Source: the human T2T-CHM13v2.0 reference genome, Homo sapiens. From it: 64,000 nt of DNA. The translations under genes were made by a program, and so were the position numbers. Shown here piece by piece: positions 53,151 through 64,000 of this stretch. Within the stretch, counting starts at the first letter, position 1. Each line of letters opens with the position of its first letter. The notes beneath the pieces were generated by a model. The model was not told the origin of the DNA. It ran no database searches and saw nothing but the letters and a program-made list of their open reading frames with translations. The DNA is taken from assembly GCF_009914755.1 (NCBI RefSeq), contig NC_060936.1. One strand, written 5' to 3'.

Positions 53151-55589
53151 CTGCGGGACGAGAAGGGTGGGCGTGAGACCTGGCCGAGGGGGGCTTTCCT
53201 GCGGGGCAGCCGATCGGCTCCCAGGCGCCTGCCATCCCCACTGGCCGGGCCTGGCGGGCACCGCCCCACTTGGAGCAATTAAGCCCAGGGGGGTGTGGGA
53301 AGGGCTGCTGCGGCAGACGGGAGGGGTGGGGACCCAGGGGTAAGAGAGGGCGTTCCTTGGAGTGAGTCACTGGCTTTAGCGCCTTTGAAAATATATTTGT
53401 TTGTCCTGCTGGAGGCGGCTTCCAGGAAAAATGAGGACACGACATGCAGCTCTTTGGTGGGGTTCCCCCCCCTTTAAAATCCACTTTTGTTTCTCTCTCC
53501 AGCTGGATCTGGGAAGCAGGGCCTCACCCAGCCCACACAGGGTCTGCTTGGGAACATGGCAGGGCCCCACCAGTGGGGTCATAGCTCACCAGGCTGCTGG
53601 GCCTCCCCAGAAGAGCTGGGAGCAGAGGCTCTGAGTGCCCGTGGGGCAGCAGGAGGGGGCTGGCCAGCCAAGGAGGCGGCAAGCATGGACTTAAGTCGGA
53701 GGGCGGTGGCGGGTCGCTGGCACTGTCCCAACTGGCTTCCTGCGTAGCCAGGAGAATTACTGGGAAACCACTGGGCCCAGGCTGAAATGTGAGGGCCAAA
53801 GGAGCGGGAGCATGGTGGGGGCGGGGATGTGGGTCAAGGCCTGCTCCACCCCAGGGGTGCTGGGTGGAGTCCCTGGCCCCAGGCCCAGGCGTCCCGGCGA
53901 CGTGCCACAGCCCCACAGCCTTCGCAGGGAGAGCAGCGGCTGGCTGCTAGTGAGGCTGGACTGTGGGCTCCCACGGAGGGAGGCTGAGTGAGCACCAGTG
54001 CCCGACCTGCCTGGCCCTCCAGATGGCTGGGCAGGAGGCCAGCAGGCCCCGCGCCTGCTTCCCAGCCAGACACCCGAGGATCCTGAACAGTCTCTGCTCT
54101 CTTCCCGGTGGAAGCGGCGCAGTGAGGAATGGCAGGCTTCCCTGGCCTGGGATCCCACCTCGGGCGGCTGGCAAGGCCGGAGCCATCCTAAGGCCCTTCT
54201 CTTCCAGGTAGGGAGAGTCCTTTCCTCTCCGCTCCCTCTCCTTGTCCCAGTGACATTTCCTTCCCTGCAAACCCCTCCCACGGGGTTTCCCCAGGCACAG
54301 TGGGGGCTCCCAAGAGACCAGGAATCAAACTTGGGAATCTCCTAGGTCCCCTGTTCCCCTCCCCCAATACCTCACTTGCACCCCTGGAAGACGTTTATTA
54401 GAAGTTTCCTATGCCCTGCATACCTCACAAGGGAGGCCCTGTCGCTATACCCATTTTACAGACGAGGAAATTGAGGTTCAGAGGGGGAATGGTCACATGG
54501 CCAGCACGTGGTGGAGCCCCATGCCGTCAGTAGGTGATTTTCAAAGCCCCGAGTGCTATCAATTCCTCTGCACATGAGACCTCAAACCAAGCCCACAGTC
54601 CTTGAGGCATGCAAGTGGCCAAGTTGCGGCTCACACAGGATGGAAGTTACGCCAGCCCCACGGGCCGGCAGATAGCAGCCCAGCCTGGGTCCCCCACCCT
54701 TCGGTTACTGAATTAACAGAGGGTGACATTATCAGACCTGCAGAGCCACATGAGATCTTCCGAAAGGCTGAAGCCGCAGAAAGTCTCCCAGAACACCTTT
54801 TTTTTTGTATTTCAGAAAAAATACATACACTAAAACATCATGCCTACCAGGGGGAACGTGAGTCTCAAACGCAACAGTAATTCAGTAATTCTTAACACCC
54901 GTGACCGTCCCACCATCACCTCCCTCGTTCAAAACTGTAAGAAGCATTCGACGGAGACTTTGATTTGACGTAGAAAGATCGTGCCTGCTATGGTGAGGCT
55001 GCAGGCACGAGCCATTAAGTAACCGAGTATTCCTGCTCAGGAACCAAGCGCTGTTTCCTGTGAAGGACCACTCACTCGGTGCTGTGGGCACTCCAGGGCT
55101 CATTACCCCACCCCTCTATTCTTATGGACGTTTCAACATTTCCATAATCAAAAGCTACTCTTAAAAAATGTTTTCCACCAAAGACCCTCCTGGATAGCCA
55201 CTGTGTCCTTTCTGAGTTCGGTATCTGCACTTGCGGGTCCACTCACCCCTGCCGGGGACCCAGAGTCACCCCATCCCTTAGGTCCTGCCTGGCACCTCTT
55301 TGGGGCCACAACCCTGGACCAAAGCCCAGGGCACTGGGGAAGGAGTGTCATTGCTTTGGAGGAAGCTCTTGTCCGGAGGCAGGGTCTTCCCCAAGGCAGC
55401 TCAGTAGCCTGCCGGGTGAACGTCGGGCAGTGACAAAGTCTCTTCCCTGCGTCCCCTCCTGGCCAAGCACAGAGGCCTCCGTCCACACCTCAGTTTCCCA
55501 CTCTCCTGCCTCCCAGAGCTCTGAGGTCCTGAGGAGGTGCTCTATGTCCTGGGCAGGGAACCCAGCCCTCTACGTGCAAGTGATTAGAG

Positions 55590-56351
<762 letters not shown>

Positions 56352-56726
56352 CTATACAGCCTCTCCATTCCAGCTGGAGGAGTCTGAACCCTGCCTCCAT
56401 TGTGTGCATGCTGTGTGGCCTTTGTGCACTGTCTGAACCTCTCTGAGCCTCCGTGTCATCAGCTGTGTACTGGGGTGGGCCTGGCTGAGCTGTCATAAGG
56501 GACAGGAGGGGGAAAATGCATGAAGCTGAGAAGACACAGGCACAGTGATGGGATCACGAACCCACTCAGCCAGCAGCTATTGTCAAAGACAAAACAAAAT
56601 AGAAACCACCAAAAGCCACTGGCCAGCTGCCGCCCTGCCCAAGGCTGCGGCCCAGCCTCTAAGTCCCTCCTGCCTTGTTCTTCCGACTCGCAGTGCCCCG
56701 TCTTACATCCAGCTGCCCTTACACTT

Positions 56727-57152
56727 TGTACCATATTGAAGTGTGTCCTCTTAAAATTCATGGCCACCCAGAACCTCAGAATGCGGCCTTATTTGGAAAC
56801 AGGGTCTTTCCAGATGTAATTAGTTGAAGTGAGGTTGTATTGGGTTAGGCTAGACCCTAAATTCAGTGTGACGGGTGTCCTTATAAGAAGAGGAGAAGCA
56901 CAGAGACAAAGGTCATGTGGGGTCGAAGGCAGAGCATGGAAGGATGCATCTAGAAGCCCCGGAAGGCCAAGGATGCTGGCAGCACCAGCTGGGAAGAGGT
57001 CAGGGACAGGCTCTCCCTTACGGCCCCCAGAAAGAACCAACCCCACGAAACACCAGGATTTGGACTTCCGGCCTCCACAACCAGGAGAGAGTAAATCCCT
57101 GCGGTTTTAAGCACCCCCCGGCATGCTCATTTGTGGTGGCTGCCGGGAGACA
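56727..57152 (+). mobile_element. MLT1 solo LTR ending about 65 nt from the exon C donor
   Basis: ccagaacctcagaatg..ccttatttggaaacagggtcttt..gtccttataagaagagga. Confidence 0.85.
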
Positions 57153-57216
57153 GCGCAGGCCTCAACAGGATGGGGGTGGGGGGCCGGGAGGCCAGGCCAG
57201 GTGATGGAGGACTCAC

Positions 57217-57395
57217 TTCTCCCGGAAGGTCTCCTTCTCCTGCTCACTCCACATGTTCATGACCTGGCGGTCTTTGTACACCTTCATGGGGTCGGCCATA
57301 AGCCCGTTCATGTTGATGAACTTGATGCGCTGCTGGTCAGCGTCGTACAGCATGGGCGGGATCACGGCCAGCTGGCGCATCTGCTTCTCCAGGTT
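57217..57395 (-). CDS. NCOR2: NCOR2 exon C (179 nt): NLEKQMRQLAVIPPMLYDADQQRIKFINMNGLMADPMKVYKDRQVMNMWSEQEKETFRE(K); start of DAD/SANT1
   Basis: Acceptor ccctgcag|AAC, donor AA|gtgagt; 59 codons + 2 nt. Confidence 0.97.
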
Positions 57396-58637
57396 CTGCA
57401 GGGAAACGGAGGGCAGGGTCAGAGGCCCAGGGACGAGGTGCTCCGGCCGGCGCAGGGGACCCAGGGAAGACACAGAGGGGACGGATGGTCTGCGCCAGAG
57501 CAGGGAAAACGCGAAACCGAGGAGAAGGAGAATGATGAGTTTAAAAATAATAATAGCTCATGCTGGGGGAAGGGAGAATGTAAAGGCCTCCCCGACAGGT
57601 TTATGGTGGGCAGGACTGTAGATTCAATGCAGAGAGCAGCAGCCGCCTTCTCTGCAGTGGGAGGGGAGCCATGAATCTTCCCTTTGGAAATGCAAGCGCC
57701 ATAAAGCACTGCAGGAAGGATGCTCAGCCCAGCTGGGCCCAGGGAGCCCGGGAGACAGGCTGGCCTTCCAGGTTCCGCAGGCAAGAGTGGGCCCTGGGGT
57801 CCAGCTGGCCCCACAGCATGCAGGCAGCCCAGGGGCGCAGAGAGGGTCAGCGCCTCGCTGGTGGAGAGGTCTTTCCTGCCCCCACACTACACGCCCCCTC
57901 CCGGCACCCCGCTCCTTCAGAGGGCCCACCTGGGATCTGGCCTGCCCAGCCCTGCATGCGGCAGGAGTCAGGCGGCCGCTCCTAATGCACTGGGATGACT
58001 ATTAAGAGGCTCTGAGCCGCCACTCAGCTGGGCTCACTTCCCCAAATCTCGCAGCCAGCCAATTACTGGCGATTAATTACCCATCTCCGGAGGTAGGCGA
58101 GGACTCCGCGTAGCCAAGGTCAGCCAGTTCAAACGATCCAGCTGCCCGGCCGCCCACATCCAACCTCTTCACTCAATGTGCAGGACTCCCAGCCAGGGGT
58201 CAGGTCGGGTGCGGGGCACAGCTCTGACCCCGGGGTGGGAGAGAATCCCCCCAAGAGGCTGGCATCTGTCTCCCAGACCCTTGGAGCTGTCCCCTACACC
58301 CCTGATACGGAACGGCGACCTTCCTCGGGTATCCCAGGGATGTAATAATGGCAGGACCCCCGGCACGGCCACAGGCAGGACCTCTGCTCTGCCCTCCCAC
58401 AGCTGCCTTCCTGTCCTTCCCATGCCGGCCATGTGCTCTGACCACAGGAAGCTCCCAGAAGGATGGGAAGTGCCTGTCCTCCGGCCCAGCCCCCTCCCTT
58501 GCACACTCCCGGGGGAACCTCAGGTCACCCCAGGCTGGCTGGGGAAGTTTCTGTCCCAAATTCCACTTCCACCCTTCACCCCGGACACAGCATCCTTGAT
58601 GTCCCTGAGGACTCTGATGACTGCATTCCCATGTGGC

Positions 58638-58640
<3 letters not shown>

Positions 58641-58697
<57 letters not shown>
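58641..58697. repeat. (TG)28 microsatellite
   Basis: Counted directly. Confidence 0.97.
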
Positions 58698-58702
<5 letters not shown>

Positions 58703-59199
58703 CAACAATCAGCCCAGGTGCCACACCCTTGGCCATCAGGTGAGGAATGCAGAGGAGAGGGCCACCGGCCTCCTCCTTCCAGTGCAGACTAAACCCACAG
58801 CCAGCCTCTCTGCGGGATGTCCATAAGTGCACAGCATCGGTGAGACAGGGGCTGACACGGCCCAGCTCCGGCGCCCAGCCTTCGAGGGCCGGGCCCTGTG
58901 GCTGTGCAATGCGATGGCTTTCTGAGCTCTGTTTTCTGTCAACTGGATGTTGTTGTAAACAAAAACGTACCACGAGAAGTTTTAAAATGAAAAATTATGT
59001 TTTAATGGCCAGATTCATCTTTGGATTGCCTGCGTCAGAATCAAGTGGGTGGCTGGGTAAAAATGCGGATTCCTGGGCTCTGCCCCAGACCAGCTGAATC
59101 AGAGTCTCTGGTGAGAAACTGCTACTTAAACCAGCCGCCCCCTCCCTGGGGCCCCTTCCATCTGTCTAATCTGAGCATCAGCATCGCAGGGCAGCGCGT

Positions 59200-59385
59200 T
59201 CTGTTGTCCAACAGAGCACTCTGCAGCCAGGGAGGTGTTCGCTGTCTGCTCCGCCCAGGAGGGGAGCTGCCAACCACAAGCGGCTGTCGAGCTCTTGAGA
59301 TGTGTCAGATGCAACCGAGGAACTGAATTGCTAATTTTATCCCATTTTAATTAATTTTGATTTCAATAGCCATGCGTGGCTCTGC
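59200..59385. mobile_element. MER3/MER33-like MITE (another copy near 63010-63200)
   Basis: ctgttgtccaacaga...gaggaactgaatt...ttaattaatttt..aatagccatgcgtggct. Confidence 0.6.
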
Positions 59386-60221
59386 TGTGCTGAGCTAAAG
59401 GGCTATAATCTCCCATCTGGACAAAAGCTCTCCCTGGACAAAAGTCCCCAGAAGGAAGAAACGTGCCGTGGCTGCCTCGTGTCTGCTGTGGTGTTAGGAG
59501 CAGGGGGTAGTGTCATCATGGGTACCTGACCCACAGGACCCGGGAGGGAACAGGCTGACACCAACTTCCTCCCCAGGAGAAAAGGCTGCCTCTCTGCTTC
59601 CTGGCCATCTGTGGGCCCCAGTGACGGCAGCCAGGGTCACCTAGGCTGACCCCAGGGTGTCCTGGCACCCCAAAGAGGCCTGAGGGGAAACCGGCCCTGC
59701 TCCAGCCAGGAGGGCTGAGGTGCCTGCGAGAAGGTCGTGGCTGCGTGGACAGCTGGCGTGCTGGGAACTCTTCGGCCTGCGCCATGCTCCCCCCACCCTG
59801 CCAGGCTCTGGGCCCTGGAAGGCTGACCCTGGAACCCACAGGCACTCCCGCCCCTTGGGCTTCTGGCTGGACTCAGCCAATGGGAAGTTCCAAAAGGAGG
59901 CAGGAGATGGGAAGAGTGAGAGGCAGGGTCCTCGTCCCCCAACCCCCTCCCTGTTGTGGCATCTGGATGGGGGAGCGCCAGGGCCCTCCCTGCAGGGGGT
60001 CCTGCTACCCTCCCTCTCAGACACATTAACACCCCTCTCTCTGCTCGCCCCTGCAGGCCTGGGACGGGTACCTCAATACCCACCTTGATTCCACCCGCGC
60101 TTCGGTGGCAAAGCCCCTCGACGTAAACCACCCGGGAGGTGGTTTCTGGCTAGGGCCTCTGCACCCTCACGGGGGATGCCAGGGAAAAGGAGCTGAGGCC
60201 AGAGTCAGGGCCTGGACTCAC

Positions 60222-60315
60222 CTCCTGCTCTGAGAGGCCATCGATGATCTCTGACACCTCGTGCTCGCTGCGGGCGGCCGACATGGACAGCCCACTGCCC
60301 CGCTGGCCCACCCTG
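60222..60315 (-). CDS. NCOR2: NCOR2 exon B (94 nt): (S)RVGQRGSGLSMSAARSEHEVSEIIDGLSEQE; NAGNAG acceptor
   Basis: Acceptor ccccag|CAG|G, donor GAG|gtgagt; 1 nt + 31 codons. Confidence 0.96.
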
Positions 60316-61223
60316 CTGGGGACCAAGGGGACACACTCAGGACCGGTCTTCTGGTGGTCGGGGACACTAGCAGACCCCTGTGGCGCAGCCCTGAGCCCAC
60401 GCCCTCCCCAGAGGAGAAGTGTGGGCAGCGGCCAGCAGAGGGGCCGGCCCCACACCCGGGGTCCTGGGGAGGCATGGAGCCCCCACCCCAACCCAGCAAG
60501 GCCAAACCCTGTGACATGGGCAGCTCAGTCCCTTCCTCTCTCCTAAAACACCCTGAAAAGCCCAGCTACAAAGATCTGGGTTCAAAGCCCAGCTCTGCCT
60601 CTTTGGCCCTGGGCCGAAGTGTTTCTCTCTGTGCCTCAGTTTCCTCCCCTGTCATATGAGGATTCAAAAGTGGCACCTGGCTGCCTAGAGCTGTTGTGGG
60701 GAACTTAATGAGACATGGCTTGTGACTTCAGTTAAGGGTGAAAGGTGTTGTTATCATTACCAATGAATCGCCTTATCTGTGCATCCAAAGAAAAATGGCC
60801 ATAGAACCACAGCTGCCTGTCACCAGGCACCTCTCAGATGGGGCCCACCCAGTCCTCACAGCCACTGGGGGAGGCTGACAGCGTGGTCTCTTAGCCACGT
60901 CTCTCCCCTTTGTCCCACACCAGGGATCTCAAACTCAGCTGCCTTCAGGGGTCGTGCAGGCCCCAGAAATGAGTGAAGCTGGCAGGTGCACGCTATGGCA
61001 CACGGGAAGAAGTGCTTGTCCCCAAAATGTATTTAAGTTCCAAGTAAGTATTAGGCCAAAGAGGCTCCACGTGACACAGGCCAGGGTCTGGTAGGGCCCT
61101 GGCCACTGGCCTGAGAAGCTGCTGTGCTGTTCTGTTCCTTCCTGGCCAGGCCACCTCTACTGAGGATGCTGGAGCTGACCCCGGGCCCTGACGTCGGGGG
61201 CCCTGGGCTCAGGCCCCGCTCAC

Positions 61224-61396
61224 CTCTGCATGCGCTCCTGCAGCTCGCGCTGCTTGCGGATCTCAGGGAACTGCTTCTCGTAGTACTCGCGCACCTTGCT
61301 CTCCTTGGCCCGCCGCCGGGGGTTGTTCTCGATGCGCTCCACCTTCTTCTCCCAGGCCTCCATGAGCTGGTCATAGCGCTGGCAGAACTTCTGCTC
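61224..61396 (-). CDS. NCOR2: NCOR2 exon A (173 nt): EQKFCQRYDQLMEAWEKKVERIENNPRRRAKESKVREYYEKQFPEIRKQRELQERMQ
   Basis: Acceptor ctcccag|GAG, donor AG|gtgagc; 57 codons + 2 nt; phase 0 in, phase 2 out. Confidence 0.97.
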
Positions 61397-61465
61397 CTGG
61401 GAGAGCGCAGGGGGCACTGCGGAAGATGCTCCTGCACCTGGCACCCGCCGCCTCCCCCCTGCCCA

Positions 61466-62875
61466 CTCACATGCAGGCAGACACACAGGTGCGTGCGCAC
61501 ACACACAAAGTCACACAGGCACACACATATACAGTCAGATACAGCCACACAGACACATACATACAGGCACACACATACAGTCAGATACACACAGGCACAC
61601 AAGCACACAGGCACATACAAGTCACACAGGCACACACAAATGCAGTCACACAAACACACATATACTCAGACACAGTCACAGACATGCACATACAGGCACA
61701 CACATACAGTCAGACAGATATACACAGGCACACACAAGTCACACAGGCAGACACACATGCAGTCACAGACACACACAGATACACAAAGTCACACAGACAT
61801 GCACACACAGGCACACACACATACAGTCAGACAGATATACACAGGCACACGTACATACAGGCACACACAAGTCACACAGGCAGACACACAGACACACACA
61901 TACAGTCACAGACACACACAGTCACATACACACATGCAGTCACCCACACGGTACACACACAGTAGACACACAGTCACACAGACAGTCACATGGCAGACAC
62001 ACAGACAGATACACAGGCAGACAGACAGACAGACACACAGTCACACAGGCAGACAGACAGTCATATAGGCAGATACACAGAGAGAGACACACACACAGAT
62101 ATATACACAGGCACACATACAGTCAGACAGATATACACAGGCACACATACATACAGGCACACACAAGATACACAGAGAGACACACACACACAGATATATG
62201 CACAGGCACACATACATACAGTCAGACAGATATACACAGGCACACATACATACAGGCACACACAAGTCACACAGGCAGACACACAGATACACACACATAC
62301 AGTCACAGACACACACAGTCACATACACACATGCAGTCACCCACACGGTACACACACAGTAGACACACAGTCACACAGTCACATGGCAGACACACAGACA
62401 GATACACAGGCAGACAGACAGACAGACACAAAGTCACACAGGCAGACAGACAGTCATATAGGCAGATACACAGAGAGACACACACACACACATATATACA
62501 CAGGCACATAAGTCACACAGCCAGCCAGCCAGACACACAGATGGTCACACAGGCAGACAGACACACAGTCAGTCACACAGGCAGGCAGACACACACACAT
62601 GGTCATGCAGGCAGACATATGACAGACACACACACAGTCCATCACACAGGCAGGCAGGCAGACACACAGGCGGTCACACAGGCAGGCAGACACACACACA
62701 CGGTCATCCAGGCAGACATATGACAGACACACACACAGTCGCAGGCAGACAAACAGATGCACACACAGGGTCTCGCAGGCAGACATGATGGACACACATA
62801 CACAGAGTCACACATGTAGACACACAACAGACACACACACATCACACAGGCAGACGACAGAAAGACAGGCACATA
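61466..62875. repeat. 1.4-kb degenerate CA-rich low-complexity tract with an internal ~400-bp-period duplication
   Basis: cacacag/gacacac motifs throughout; block cacccacacggtacacacacagtagac at 61941 and 62338. Confidence 0.95.
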
Positions 62876-64000
62876 GTTGCATGGCTATCCAGCAGACGGG
62901 GGCCCCTGAAGAAAACCCACAGACTTCCCCTGAGGACACGGTCACCTCCCTTCCTGGTGAACCGGCCACCCAGACCTGGCCTCCTCTGCAGAGGCCTGGT
63001 CCCAAATGGAAGCCACCCACCATGTGTGGCTCAACTGAAATCACAAATCCAGTAAAATTTAAGAGTCGGGCTCTAGTTCTCCCCAGCCATGCTTCCAGTG
63101 TCCAGCAGCCACATGCGGCTGGGGCTCCGGCCGCACCAGACAGCCCGGATGGAGCCCACTGCCACACCACAGGAAGCTGTGCTGTACAACATGCGGGCCC
63201 GTCAGCCCTGGGGAGGGGCAGCCGCCAGAGAAAACCACATTCCAAGCAGTTCCTCATTCCCCAGCCTCACCCCAAGGACCAGCTGTGAGGACCCCAGCAG
63301 CTCCCAGAGAGGGGGCTCTGCCTTCCCTCCAAGACAAGGAAGTCCCTCTCCACATCTAACCACAGTGCTGCCTGCTGCATGTCCTTTGAGAAGAGATCCC
63401 CAATCAGCCCAGAGCATAGCTGCCTGGCTTCCACATCTCCAAGGTGACTTGAGCAAGTGGCGGCGGGGGGCGGGGGGTGGGGGCGGGGAAGGGGACGCAG
63501 GGCGAGCCACCCACACAACCCCAGTTACTCCACCTCTAACAGCTGGGGGTGGACAGACGGTGTGATCTGGGAGCCTCCACAAACACCCACTTGGTGCTTC
63601 GGTACAGTCAGAAAGCCCCTCTCTGGTCCTGGAGCCCAGACACCTCAGCCCCACCCCACCCCATATTTCAGCTGCTGACCAAGGGCAAGCTGTGCCCTCC
63701 ATCCTCGACAGCCCCGTGACCATGACGGTCCCCACGAGGTGGCCAGGCTGGTGCTGGGTGGCCCAGAACCTAACCCCATGCATGCAGGCTGTGCCAGGAA
63801 CGCGCTGGAGATCAAGAGGCAGTTCTGGTGACAGACAACGGCCACACGTGCTCGGGGCAGTGGCTGCTGACAGCCCCAGTGAGGGATGGGGACTGCAGGG
63901 ACGGCAACAACCAGCCCATGCCACCTCGGCCCCTGTCCAAGAGGCCCCAGGCTCATGGGTGAGAAAAGCTCACCTCAAGCCAGCAGAGGAAAGTCACGTG

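Noticed and set aside
61051-62872. His/Thr-rich and Cys/Val-rich ORFs
   Set aside because: Translations of CA/TG low-complexity sequence.

Overview
Human (or great-ape) genomic DNA, GC-rich, lying wholly inside NCOR2 (SMRT, nuclear receptor corepressor 2), which is transcribed on the minus strand. I traced twelve consecutive internal coding exons by hand. All have AG/GT boundaries and matching phases, from EQKFCQRY... (61396) to ...GGDKNR (2621). They cover the SANT1/DAD (HDAC3-activating) domain, a 17-Q tract, SANT2, a 51-nt cassette exon and a large Pro/Glu-rich exon. The introns carry 7 Alus, 4 MLT1 LTRs, hAT/MER fossils, L1/L2/MIR fragments, three minisatellites and several simple repeats. 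Nearly all ORFs in the track are spurious. No wholly new system can be proven from sequence alone. The best leads are: (1) an intronic CpG island holding a candidate alternative first exon (MFPENLAEGETRMRG) that splices in frame into SANT2 and would give an SMRT lacking RD1 and DAD; (2) a 384-bp, about 99%-identical direct duplication bracketing the in-frame 99-nt exon that carries HDAC3/InsP4-contact residues; (3) a five-exon block of exactly 600 nt that would form a stop-free circRNA ORF; (4) an Alu mutated towards a poison exon; (5) VNTRs that array metal-response cores or 5' splice-site motifs. Repeat family names are from recognition, not a RepeatMasker run.
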